Assembly (NCBI GenBank): GCA_964468635.1
Contig: CAYXVR010000013.1
Location: forward strand, 40,389 to 104,388
Direction: 5' to 3'
Origin: an uncultured Nannocystaceae bacterium
GTDB taxonomy: Bacteria > Myxococcota_A > Polyangia > Nannocystales > Nannocystaceae
Length of the DNA: 64,000 bases
Shown here: piece by piece, positions 26,181 through 36,000 of the stretch
Position numbering within the stretch: position 1 is the first letter of the stretch
Layout: each line of letters begins with the position of its first letter
The notes under the pieces: generated by a model
Told to the model about the DNA's origin: nothing
Seen by the model: only the letters and a program-made list of their open reading frames with translations
Databases searched by the model: none
Program-made: the position numbers and the translations under genes

Positions 26181-27368
26181 TCACTCGACGGGGCGCTCGC
26201 ACGGATCGTCGACGCTGACGGCGACGTCGAGCGTGACGAGCACCGCAGCGGCCTTGCGCGCGCGCTCGATGCGGTGGGCATGGCAAGCCGCGTCGCGCTC
26301 GATGAGGAAGCGCTCGCGGTCGAGCGCGCCGCGGCCGAACCGAGCGGCGTAGTCGTCGACGAGCGCGAGGGCCTCGTGGGGTCGCTCCTCGACGAAGCGA
26401 CGCGCACGGCGGAGCAGATCGATCTGCGCCTCGGGATCGTCGCGCACCGTCGGCGGCGGAGCGCGGCGGACGGAGGGCTTCGCGGCGACGGCCGGCCCCG
26501 GCTCGGGCTCCACGATCTCGATCGCGTCGTCCTCCTCCGGCTCGATCGGCGTCGCCCTCGGTGTCGGCGTGTGGGGGCGCGCCGGCTCGCGGGGCGCGGC
26601 GGCGAACGCCGGACGGATCTCCGTCGGCGGCGGTACGGACGAGGGCGCGCTCACGACGACCCCCACCGCGACCGCGACGCCTCCGATCGCGCCCGCGATC
26701 GCGCCGAGCCCCACCGCCTTCGCGGTGTGCCCGAGCTGCACCGCGAGGATCGCCCACACACGCCGAGCGTTCGCGGCGCTCGGGCGCGCTTCGGCCTGCG
26801 CGCGCTGCAGGAACGCCTGCGTCGCCGCATCGTCGGAGGCGATCGCGACGAATCGCTCGCCGAAGCGCTTGCGTGCGAGCCGGAGGCGCGAGTACAGCGT
26901 GTTGATCGGCACGTCGACGTCGAGCGCCACCTCGCTCATCGAGAGCCCGAGCACCTCGACGAGCACGAACACCTCGCGCTGTTCCGCGGGCAGCGAGGCG
27001 AGAAACCCCGCGAGTGCGTGCCAGCCCTGCTTGCGCTCGAGCTCCTCGTCCGGCCGGCGCGGAGCGTCGGGCGCGACGATCTGCGCCGTCACGCGACTTG
27101 CCGACGCAGCCGATCGCCGATGGCTGAACGCGACGTTGCGCGCGACCCCGTCGATCCACGTCGCGAGCGGCACGTCGCTCGCGCGCTGCGCGATCCGGCG
27201 ATGGATCGCGAGGAACACCTCGTGCACGAGATCGTCGAGCTGACCCTCGTCCACGCCCCGCGCTCGCAGCACCCAGCGCACGCGAGCATGGTGGTCGCGG
27301 TAGATCCGTTCGAGGCCGCGGACGGAAGCGGGAGCGGACAGCGGCGGGCCCATCCGTACTCCTTGCAC
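26181..27368 (-). CDS. ECF sigma factor fused to a TM, anti-sigma-like C-terminal domain.
   Basis: Region 2 is LVHEVFLAIHRRIAQ...TWIDGVARNVAFSHRR. Region 4 is LPAEQREVFVLVEVLGLSMSEVALDVDVPINTLYSRLRLARKRF. A TM segment follows (AVGLGAIAGAIGGVAVAVGVVV), then a Pro/Ala-rich linker and a 100-aa C-terminal domain. The start may be the internal Met at 27353. Confidence 0.65.
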   Translation of the reverse strand: MQGVRMGPPLSAPASVRGLERIYRDHHARVRWVLRARGVDEGQLDDLVHEVFLAIHRRIAQRASDVPLATWIDGVARNVAFSHRRSAASASRVTAQIVAPDAPRRPDEELERKQGWHALAGFLASLPAEQREVFVLVEVLGLSMSEVALDVDVPINTLYSRLRLARKRFGERFVAIASDDAATQAFLQRAQAEARPSAANARRVWAILAVQLGHTAKAVGLGAIAGAIGGVAVAVGVVVSAPSSVPPPTEIRPAFAAAPREPARPHTPTPRATPIEPEEDDAIEIVEPEPGPAVAAKPSVRRAPPPTVRDDPEAQIDLLRRARRFVEERPHEALALVDDYAARFGRGALDRERFLIERDAACHAHRIERARKAAAVLVTLDVAVSVDDPCERPVE

Positions 27369-27414
27369 GGGCGACGCACCGATTCGTCACCCGAGCGGCG
27401 AAGAAATTACGGCG

Positions 27415-28371
27415 TCATCGCCCGGGCAGGCGAGAGGCCGCGCCCACGACGAAACGCAGGCCGACCACGGCCGGCGACCAGGACGCCGCGGGCTGTCCCG
27501 CGGTCTGCAGATGGAACGCCGGCCGGCGCAGTCCGACGAGCGTTTCGAGCCGCGTACGCACGACGAACCGCCGCCCGACCGGCGCGTCGAGCCCGACGCT
27601 CACGGGCAGGGATAGCATCCAGTCCCGCTGCACGTGCTCGACGATGCGACTGCCTTCGCCGGTCGCGACGACCGCGGATGCGTCGAGCCCCGTGCACACC
27701 GGAATCTCCACGGGCCCACCGCGCGGCGCGACGCAGAAGCGCAGGCCGCCGCTCGACGTCGACGCGCGGATGGCCGCGCCCTCGATCTCGCTGCGTGCAC
27801 GCGCGAACCAATGCGAGCCGATCGCCGCGATGCGCAATGGACCATACAGCCACGCGATCTCGGCCTCGATGCCCCCCGTGGTCGCGGGGGTGAGGCCGAC
27901 CGCGACACCGCCGTGCACGGCGAGCCCGAGCCGATGTCGCCACGCGCGACCGCGGGGCACGTCGGGCTCTGCCGAGGGCGTCGATGCACGTGGCACGGTC
28001 GCGACCGGCGAAGGTTCCGGCGGTGCCGCGGCGATCTCGGGCTCGCGCGTTTCGGCGGCCCCCATCGGATCGGCCGCGACCGCGACGATCAACGCGGCGG
28101 CGCGCGCGAGCGGAGCACACGCTGCCCCTTCGATCCTGCGCGTGCTCGCGTCGTCGGGCCCCTGCACCGCGATCTCGAGCGCCCAACCGCCGGAAATCGC
28201 GACGATCCGCCCCTGCGCATGCACGGGCCCTCGCACGCCGCCCGGCCGCACGAGCGCCGCGATGTCCTGCTGCATGACGTCCGCCGAGGCACAGGGCGCC
28301 TCCCACTCGAGCTCGATCCGCGACGACGGCTCGACCGTCACGACGAACGCGAGGATCTCCGCCAACCACAC
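27415..28371 (-). CDS. Hypothetical protein upstream in the same orientation as the sigma-fusion gene.
   Basis: A 318-aa ORF with ordinary, non-Arg-biased composition. Alternative frames over the same DNA are Arg-rich artefacts. No motif recognised. Confidence 0.4.
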   Translation of the reverse strand: MWLAEILAFVVTVEPSSRIELEWEAPCASADVMQQDIAALVRPGGVRGPVHAQGRIVAISGGWALEIAVQGPDDASTRRIEGAACAPLARAAALIVAVAADPMGAAETREPEIAAAPPEPSPVATVPRASTPSAEPDVPRGRAWRHRLGLAVHGGVAVGLTPATTGGIEAEIAWLYGPLRIAAIGSHWFARARSEIEGAAIRASTSSGGLRFCVAPRGGPVEIPVCTGLDASAVVATGEGSRIVEHVQRDWMLSLPVSVGLDAPVGRRFVVRTRLETLVGLRRPAFHLQTAGQPAASWSPAVVGLRFVVGAASRLPGR

Positions 28372-28411
28372 GATCGCGCAGTCTGACCGCGGACCGGCGT
28401 CGCGGCAACCT

Positions 28412-29911
28412 TCACTCGCGCGGCGCCATGATCGCGCGGCGGATCGCGGCCGACGGATGCGAGTCGTCGAGCGTGACGGACTCGCCGTCCACGACGACGC
28501 CGAGCTGTTGCATCGTCCGTCCGGTCTCGGGGAAGTCGATGCTCGCGAGGTGCCGCTTCGCGATCTCCGTGAAGATCGGCTTGCCGTACCACTCGTCGAG
28601 CTTCGCGAGCAGCGTCTTGGCCGGCCAGCGTTTCTTCGCGTCGCCGCAGCAGCGCCGGAGCTCGCGCATGGCGTCGTCGAAGCCCAGCTTGCCGGCCGAT
28701 TGCTGGCGCATCGTCACGTCGGCCTCGAACGCGATCGCGGCGCCGCCCCAGTACACGCGCTGGAACGCGAACGTGTCCATCATCTTCGCGCTCGACTCGG
28801 CGAGCGTGAGGCCGCGTCCGCCGCTGCGCCCGCGCTCGAACGCCTCGGCGAGCTCGCGCCACCCGTCTTTCTCGCTGCGATGGCCCATGCGCGTGCGCAT
28901 GATCTCCGTGTAGTAGGAGACGAACCCCTCGGCCATCCACGCCTCCTGCACGAACGGCATGCCGTGGTGCAGGAGCTCGTGCACCGTGGTCCATCCGCCC
29001 GGCAGCTCGCCGTCCTTCGCCTCGTTGCCGACGAGCAGGAGCACGCCCGAGCCTCCGCCGCGGGCGGCCATGCCGAAGTACACCGAGCCTCCGTTCACCG
29101 GCACGACCACCACCTGCAGTCGATCGCGAGGATAGTCGCCGTAGAGCATCGCGACGCTCGCCACCGCGTCGAGGATCCACGCGCGCACGCCCGCGGGGCT
29201 GCACTGCATCGGTGCGTCGAGTCGCGCGATCTCGATGTTCGAGCCGTGGGCCTCGAGCGCGTCGATCGTGAGCTCGCCGAAAGCCGTGTAGCCGCGCCAC
29301 CGGGCCGCGGTGTCGTCGAGCACGTACGACGAGGGCTCGCCACTGCGCTTCGGCCACGGCACCGACGCCTTCATGCCGTCGGGCAACACGAGCTCGAGCG
29401 TCGCCTCGGCGTCGGAGCTCGCCCCGACGGGCCAGAGCAGCCACAGGCCCTGCCGCACCGACACGCTCTTGCCGACCCAGCTGACCGTCTGCCGGCCGCT
29501 ACGCTCGGCCATGCGTCGGAAGTCGACACGATAGCCCACGCACTCGCCGGGCTCCAGCGCGGATGTGTCCCACCGACCGTCCTTGCCGGCGAGCACGACG
29601 TCGCGACCGACGATCCGCATGTCCTCGATGTGCTCTTCCGCGTCCGGTGTGCCGACCTTCACCGCGCGCGGCGTCGCGCCGTCGAAGCACATCTGCACGG
29701 CGACCGACTCGGCGCCCGGAGCCAACGTCGCGCGCATGCGCCACGACGTGAGCGCGACCGGGGACGAACGGACGGCCGCTGCGTTCGTCGGCGTCGCGGT
29801 CGGTGTGGGCGCGGCCGCGCGCTCGCACGCGGCGAGGAGCGCGAGCGCGACGACCATCGCGCGACGGAACCTCGTTCCATCGGGGGCAGGGATGGGCGCC
29901 TCTGGGGTCAT
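28412..29911 (-). CDS. M1-family-like (gluzincin) zinc metallopeptidase lipoprotein.
   Basis: It has HELLHH (HEXXH) followed by WMAEGFVSYY, the M1-type 'W-x-N-E-G-F-A-x-Y' third zinc-ligand Glu. The internal start MTPEAPIPAPDGTRFRRAMVVALALLAAC gives a signal peptide plus lipobox. The ORF-track start at 30199 is an upstream GTG extension. The start coordinate is accurate only to about 1 nt. Confidence 0.65.
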   Translation of the reverse strand: MTPEAPIPAPDGTRFRRAMVVALALLAACERAAAPTPTATPTNAAAVRSSPVALTSWRMRATLAPGAESVAVQMCFDGATPRAVKVGTPDAEEHIEDMRIVGRDVVLAGKDGRWDTSALEPGECVGYRVDFRRMAERSGRQTVSWVGKSVSVRQGLWLLWPVGASSDAEATLELVLPDGMKASVPWPKRSGEPSSYVLDDTAARWRGYTAFGELTIDALEAHGSNIEIARLDAPMQCSPAGVRAWILDAVASVAMLYGDYPRDRLQVVVVPVNGGSVYFGMAARGGGSGVLLLVGNEAKDGELPGGWTTVHELLHHGMPFVQEAWMAEGFVSYYTEIMRTRMGHRSEKDGWRELAEAFERGRSGGRGLTLAESSAKMMDTFAFQRVYWGGAAIAFEADVTMRQQSAGKLGFDDAMRELRRCCGDAKKRWPAKTLLAKLDEWYGKPIFTEIAKRHLASIDFPETGRTMQQLGVVVDGESVTLDDSHPSAAIRRAIMAPRE

Positions 29912-30149
29912 GCCGAGCGTGCCGAGATGGAACCATGTCATGCTCGCGCAGAGGCCGCGACAGCGCTGCCGCCGACGCGGTCCTGCGACTGGAATGCGTC
30001 CGATCGCGGTCCGGTTCGACGAACGAGAAGGGCAACGGCCGAGGTCGGTATCGACGTCGCCGGTGGATCTGTGAGAGCCTCCGATCCCCGTCGAGCGCGA
30101 GATGCCCCACCGGCTCTCGTGGCTGGAGCGCGATCGCAGGCGGACGACG

Positions 30150-30899
30150 ATGGACGATTTCCTGGCGGCTAGCCTGAGCTTCCCGACCGTGGTCTTCACG
30201 GTCCTCCTGCTGATCGCGCTGCTCTATTGGGTGCTCGTGATCGTCGGCGCGCTCGGGGTCGACATGCTCGACCTCGATCAAGGCCACGACGGTGCGGGTC
30301 ACGGGCCCGACGTCGGCGTCGATCATGGAGCCGATCACGGCGGCGATGGCGGAGACGGAGACGCCGGACACGACGGCGACGCCCACCACGGCCACAGCGG
30401 CGAAGGGCTCGGCCTGCTGCCCACGATGTTGTGGGTGCTCAAGCTGAACTCGGTGCCGATGACCATCGTGCTCACGATGGTCTTCTTCTGGTCGTGGCTC
30501 GCGTGCCACCTCGCGATGCACTACGTCGTCGGTTACGAGGCGCACTGGATCGCGGAGGTCGGACTCTTCGCGGGTGCGCTGCTGTTGTCGTTGCCACTGT
30601 CGTCGGTGACGGTCCGCCCGCTCGCGCCCCTGTTCCGCACGCACCCTGGTCAGCGTCGTGCCGCACTGCTCGGCAAGATCGTCGACGTCGACACGAGCTA
30701 CGTCGACGACAAGTTCGGCGTCGCGAAGGTCGACGACGGCGGTGCCGGTTTGCTCGTGCAGATCCGCTGCGATCCCCCGAATCCCCTCACCCGTGGTCAG
30801 CGCGCGCTCGTCGTCAGCTACGACGAAGCGCGCGAGGTCTACGAGGTCACCCCCATCGACGATTTGATCCCCTCGGACAAGGCCACCCGTCCGGACTAG
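30150..30899 (+). CDS. NfeD-like / YqiJ-family inner-membrane protein, the flotillin partner.
   Basis: The start is MDDFLAASLSFPTVVFTVLLLIALLYWVLVIVGALGV. A His/Asp/Gly-rich loop follows, then two more TM segments. The C-terminal domain is OB-fold-like (FGVAKVDDGGAGLLVQIRCD...ALVVSYDEAREVYEV). The gene ends 22 nt before the flotillin gene. Confidence 0.65.
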   Translation: MDDFLAASLSFPTVVFTVLLLIALLYWVLVIVGALGVDMLDLDQGHDGAGHGPDVGVDHGADHGGDGGDGDAGHDGDAHHGHSGEGLGLLPTMLWVLKLNSVPMTIVLTMVFFWSWLACHLAMHYVVGYEAHWIAEVGLFAGALLLSLPLSSVTVRPLAPLFRTHPGQRRAALLGKIVDVDTSYVDDKFGVAKVDDGGAGLLVQIRCDPPNPLTRGQRALVVSYDEAREVYEVTPIDDLIPSDKATRPD

Positions 30900-30920
30900 C
30901 GAGTCAGCTCAGAGGTCGAC

Positions 30921-33080
30921 ATGCCAGATTTCACGGTCATCACGATCATCGCCATCGCCGGAGCGGGCGTCGTCCTCCTGCTCGGCTCCCTCGTCCTGGT
31001 CATGAAGTTCTACCGGCAGGTGGACCAGGGCAAGGCGCTCATCATCAACAAGATGGGCAAGGAGCCCACCGTCACGTTCACCGGCGGTACGGTCGTGCCA
31101 GTGATCCATCGCGCCGAGGTCATGGACATCTCGGTGAAGAGCAACGAGATCTCGCGTACCGGCAAGGACGGCCTGATCTGCAAGGACAACATCCGTGCGG
31201 ACATCAAGGTCACGTTCTTCGTGCGCGTGAACAAGACGGTCGAGGACGTGCTCAAGGTCGCGCAGACGATCGGGTGCGCGCGCGCGTCGGATCCCGAGAC
31301 GCTCGAGACGCTCTTCTCCGCGAAGTTCTCCGAGGCGCTCAAGACCGTGGGCAAGCGCTTCGAGTTCGAGGAGCTCTACACGAAGCGCCACGAGTTCAAG
31401 GAGCAGATCCTCACCGTCATCGGGCAGGACCTGAACGGCTACGTGCTCGACGACTGCGCGATCGACTACCTCGAGCAGACGCCGCTCGCGTCGCTCGACC
31501 CGCACAACATCCTGGACGCGCAGGGTATCCGCAAGATCACGGACATCACGGCCGCGCAGAACATCGCCACCAACGACCTCCGCAAGGAGGAGGAGAAGGC
31601 GATCAAGAAGAAGAACACCGAGGCGGCCGAAGCGATCATGGAGCTCGATCGCCAGCAGGCCGACGCGCAGTTCAAGCAGATGCGCGAGATCGCGAGCGTG
31701 AAGGCGCGCGAGGAGGCCGAGGCGGCCCGCATCCAGGCCGAGGAGCGCAAGAAGTCCGAGAGCGCGCGCATCCTCGTGGACGAAGCGCTGGCCGTGGCCG
31801 AGGAGAACAAGCGCCGCCAGATCGAGGTGGCGGTGAAGAACCGCGAGCGCGTCGTGCTCGTCGAGCACGAGAAGGTCATCAAGGAGCAGCAGCTCGAGGC
31901 CATCGGCCGCGAGCGCGAGACCGAGCTCAAGCGCATCGAGAAGGAGAAGGCGCTCGAGGTCCAGAAGAAGGAGATCGCGGACGTCATCCGCGGCCGCGTG
32001 GCGGTCGACAAGACCGTCGCGGAAGAGGAGGAGCGCATCAAGGACCTCCGCACCGTCGCTGCGGCGAAGCGCGAGAAGGACGCGAAGGTCATCGGGGCCG
32101 AGGCCGAGGCCGAGCAGGAGCTCGTGAAGAGCATCAAGGCCGCGCAGGCGGCAGAAGAGGCCGCGCGCTTCGAGGCGAAGCAGAAGCTCGTGCTCGCCGA
32201 CGCCGATCTCGAAGCGTCGGATCGCATCGCCCGCGCGAAGATGCGGCTCGCCGAGGGCACGCAGGCCGAGCAGGCCGCGCCCGGCCTGGCGACGGTGAAG
32301 GTGAAGGAGGCCGACGCGGCCGCGGTGGAGAAGGTCGGCGCCGCCGAGGCGCGCGTGATGCTGCAGAAGATGGAGTCCGAGGCGAAGGGCCGCGAGACCC
32401 AGGGCCTCGCGCTCGTGAAGGTGAAGGAGGCCGAAGCGGCCGCGACCGAGAAGACCGGCGCCGCCGAGGCGAGCGCGCGTCGCGAGATGCTGCTCGCGGA
32501 GGCGACGGGCAAGGAAGCCGACGCCGGTGCCACCGAGAAGATGGCGCACGCGAAGGCGGCCGAGGTGCGCGAGGCGTTGCTGGCCGAGGCCACCGGCCTC
32601 GAGCAGAAGGCCCAGGCGATGAAGATGCTCGACCAGGAGACGCGGGCGCACGAGGAGTTCCGCCTCCGTCTCGATCGCCACATGCAGATCGCGCTGCAGG
32701 AGCTCGCGACCCGCAAGGACGTCGCCCATGCGCAGGCCGAGGTGCTCGCGCAGGCGATGGCGAACGCGAAGATCAACATCGTCGGCGGCGACGGCGAGTT
32801 CTTCCAGCGCTTCGTCCACGCGGTGTCGCTGGGCACTGCGCTCGACGGCGCGGTGGGGCAGAGCGAGACGGCGCAGAAGCTGCTGGGCGGCTACCTCGAT
32901 GGCAGTCAGAGCTTCACCGAGGACGTGAAGAGCGTGCTGCAGCGGCCCGCGATCGACAGCGAGGCGATGAAGAACCTCAGCATCACCGCGGTGCTCAGCC
33001 AGATGCTCTCCAAGATGGAGGACGGTCAGCGCACGAAGATGCAGAATCTGATCGTGAAGGCGAAGGAGCTGGGCCTGTAA
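30921..33080 (+). CDS. Flotillin (SPFH/band-7 domain protein, YqiK/FloT-like).
   Basis: An N-terminal TM (ITIIAIAGAGVVLLLGSLVLV) is followed by an SPFH domain. After that comes a long Glu/Ala/Lys-rich repeat region (EAEAARIQAEERKK..., AEAEAEQELVK...) and a conserved flotillin C-terminal segment. Confidence 0.8.
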   Translation: MPDFTVITIIAIAGAGVVLLLGSLVLVMKFYRQVDQGKALIINKMGKEPTVTFTGGTVVPVIHRAEVMDISVKSNEISRTGKDGLICKDNIRADIKVTFFVRVNKTVEDVLKVAQTIGCARASDPETLETLFSAKFSEALKTVGKRFEFEELYTKRHEFKEQILTVIGQDLNGYVLDDCAIDYLEQTPLASLDPHNILDAQGIRKITDITAAQNIATNDLRKEEEKAIKKKNTEAAEAIMELDRQQADAQFKQMREIASVKAREEAEAARIQAEERKKSESARILVDEALAVAEENKRRQIEVAVKNRERVVLVEHEKVIKEQQLEAIGRERETELKRIEKEKALEVQKKEIADVIRGRVAVDKTVAEEEERIKDLRTVAAAKREKDAKVIGAEAEAEQELVKSIKAAQAAEEAARFEAKQKLVLADADLEASDRIARAKMRLAEGTQAEQAAPGLATVKVKEADAAAVEKVGAAEARVMLQKMESEAKGRETQGLALVKVKEAEAAATEKTGAAEASARREMLLAEATGKEADAGATEKMAHAKAAEVREALLAEATGLEQKAQAMKMLDQETRAHEEFRLRLDRHMQIALQELATRKDVAHAQAEVLAQAMANAKINIVGGDGEFFQRFVHAVSLGTALDGAVGQSETAQKLLGGYLDGSQSFTEDVKSVLQRPAIDSEAMKNLSITAVLSQMLSKMEDGQRTKMQNLIVKAKELGL

Positions 33081-33098
33081 ACGAAGGGGCACCTTCGC

Positions 33099-36000
33099 AT
33101 GGCCGACGGACAGAACAGCGACGCCGCGGCAGCGCCCGCTGCCGCGAGCGCGGCCGACCTCGAAGGCGGCAGCTACGAGGTCATCCGCGCCCGCCTGCAG
33201 GTGCAGGCCAAGCAGCTCGGCGAGCGCGCGGAGAGCCTGAACAAGGCGCGCGTCGCCGCGTTCGGCGGCACCGAGCTGCAGGTGCTCGGCAACACGCGCG
33301 TGCGCACGGAGAACAACTGCGTCCCGCGCGACATCGTGCAGGTCGGTGGGCGCCTCTTGTTCGGCTACAACGTGTTCATCGGCCTCAAGGCCGAGACCGC
33401 GCTCGAGGACGTGTTCAGCCTGCAGCGGTTCCAGACGGGCGCGGACGGGCTCGAGCTCCACCCGGTGCCGCTGCCGGAGGGTGGCCCCGGCTTCCTCGCG
33501 TCATCCACGTTTGGCGATCAGTTCCGCGAGCTCTACAAATTCTACAAGGCCACGAAGCTCGTGCAGCTCGGCCGCGACGAGACCAAGCTGCTCGCCGCGT
33601 TCCAGATCGGCAACGACATCACCGACATCCGCGTCTTCCGCTGGACGTTGAACGCGAAGGGCGAGCCGACCTACCAGGACAACCGCGGCGAGCGCGACTT
33701 CCAGTTCCCGCCGTCGCACGACTTCGAGTGGCGCGCCACGGTGCGCGAGGATCGGCGCGAGGGCGCGCACCCGCACATCTCCATCCGCGACAAGGTGTTC
33801 GTCGAGACGGTGGGCGGCGACCTCACGGTGAAGGTCGAGAACAACACCGAGAGCGGCGAGGGCATCTACGCCGAGCCGGTGGACGAGCCGCTACAGACGC
33901 TCGACGATGCGACGATCCGCTACGCCGAGGTCGGCCCGCTCGTGCTGCTCGAGGTCCGCCCGTACCGCGAGGAGAAGGCGCGCTACCTCGTGTTCTCCAC
34001 CCGGACGCAGCGAGTGGTGCGCATCGACGCGATCGGCCGCGCGTGCGTGAGCCTGCCCGACGACCACGGGATCATTTTTCCTGGCGGCTTCTTCCTGCAG
34101 GACGGCCAGCACAAGGTCTTCGACGGCGACTACGGCACGTTCGAATTCCAACGCGTGCTGCGCTCGCCCAACGGCGAGGACGTGCTCTACGTGTTCGTCG
34201 ATCGCAGCGCAGGGCTGTACGCGCTGTTTCCGTACAACCTGATCCGACGCGAGGTGCAGACCCCGATCCGCTGCAACGGGTACTCGCTGTTCGACGACGG
34301 CAAGATGGTCGTGTTCCGTGCCGTCGGCGACGAGCCCACGCGCGTGCACCCCATGCAGATCTGGCAGACGCCGTTCGTGTCGGCCGAGTTCGCCGCGAAG
34401 GCGCCGACGTCCGGCGGCTTCCTGCAGAAGATCGGCAACGCGGACCTCGTGCGGGGTGTGTCCGACTGCCTGAGCCTGCGCCGCTACGTCGCGGAGCAGA
34501 CCCCGTCGCGGCAGGTCTACGAGGACCTCGTCGCCAGCATCACGCGCACGATCGACGCGTATCACTGGCTCGGCCATGCAGAGGCGTTCGAGCCGCTGCC
34601 GATCTTGCTCGAGATGCGCAAGACGGTGGAGCTCATCGTCGACGAGTTCGAGAAGGTCGTGGTCCTACGCAAGCAGGCCGCGAAGGCGCTCGCCGATGCC
34701 GAGCGTGGGCAGGTCGAGCTGCTGCGAACGGTGCGCCCCGAGAGCTGGTCGAAGGTCGACGAGTTCATGGACGGGCTGTCCCGTCTACGCAAGCAGCGCG
34801 GCCACCTCATCACGCTCCGCGAGCAGCGTTACATCGATCTCGAGGCGCTCGCGAAGCTCGAGGCCGAGGTCGTGAAGTCGTTCGACGAGCTGTCGGCGAC
34901 GACGGTGCGGTTCCTCGCGCGCGACGACGCGCTCGTGCCGGTCACGCGTGAGCTCGACGACCTGCTCGAGCGGGTCGGAAAGGTGGGCAAGACCAACGAG
35001 CTCGTGCCGCACATCGAATCGCTCACCAAGATCGGCGACGGGCTCGCGGTACTCTCGGAGGTCGCAGCGAACCTGCAGGTCGACGACCCCACGGCGCGCA
35101 CGAAGATCCTCGAAGGCGTGTCCGAGGTGTTCTCGCACTGCAACCGCGTGCGGGCCACGGTCGACATCAAGCGCAAGGCGCTCTTGTCCGACGAGGGCAA
35201 GGCGGAGTTCGCCGCGCAGTTCAAGCTGTTCGGGCAGGCCGTGCAGAGCGCGATCGCGGTGTGCGACACGCCGGAGCGCTGCGACGAGCAGCTGTCGCGC
35301 TTGATGGTCCAGCTCGAGGAGCTGGAGGCGAAGTTCTCCGAGTTCGACGAGTTCATCGGCGAGCTCACGAAGAAGCGCGAAGAGGTCTACGACGCGTTCG
35401 GGCAGCGTAAGCAGGTGCTGCTCGACGAGCGCCAGCGCCGGGTCGGCAACCTGTGGCAGGCCGCGGAGCGCATCATCACCGGCATCGAGCGCCGCGCGCG
35501 GACGTTCGCGGCCGCCGACGAGCTCAACGCGTACTTCGCGTCCGATCCCATGGTGCTCAAGCTGCGCGAGCTCGGCGAGCGCATCGCCGAGCTCGGCGAC
35601 GGCGTGAAGGCCGACGAGGTCGCATCGCGCCTGAAGTCCACGCGCCAGGACGCGCTGCGCGGGCTACGCGACCGCCTCGACCTGTTCGCCGACGGCGGCA
35701 ACCTCATCAAGCTGGGCAAGCACCGCTTCAGCGTGAACACGCAGCCGCTCGAGCTCACGGTGGTGCCCCACGACGGTGCGATGGCGCTCGGCATCTCCGG
35801 CACGGATTTCGTCGAGCCCATCGTCGACGAGGAGTTCGAGAAGACCCGGCCGTTGTGGTCGCAGCAGATCGTCAGCGAGAGCGACACGGTGTATCGCGGC
35901 GAGTACCTGGCGTACTCGATGCTCGCCGATGCCGAAGCGGGTCGGGCCGGGCTCGGCATCGCCGCGCTCGTGGCGGCTGCGCGCGAGGGTGGGGGCCTGC

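Noticed and set aside
25282-27390. Treating the 702-aa ORF 25282..27390 as one gene.
   Set aside because: Only its last 288 codons, from MTDRTS with a lipobox, look like protein. The rest is antisense to or out of frame with the sigma-fusion gene 26181-27368 and is Arg-rich.
29860-30070. Apparent plus or minus 1-nt frame inconsistencies near 29880 and 30060 when I hand-translated the minus-strand peptidase ORF against the printed sequence.
   Set aside because: The supplied ORF track gives an uninterrupted 595-codon ORF. The discrepancies fall at line boundaries of the printed sequence and compensate each other. I attribute them to my reading rather than a real frameshift, so coordinates there may be off by 1 nt.
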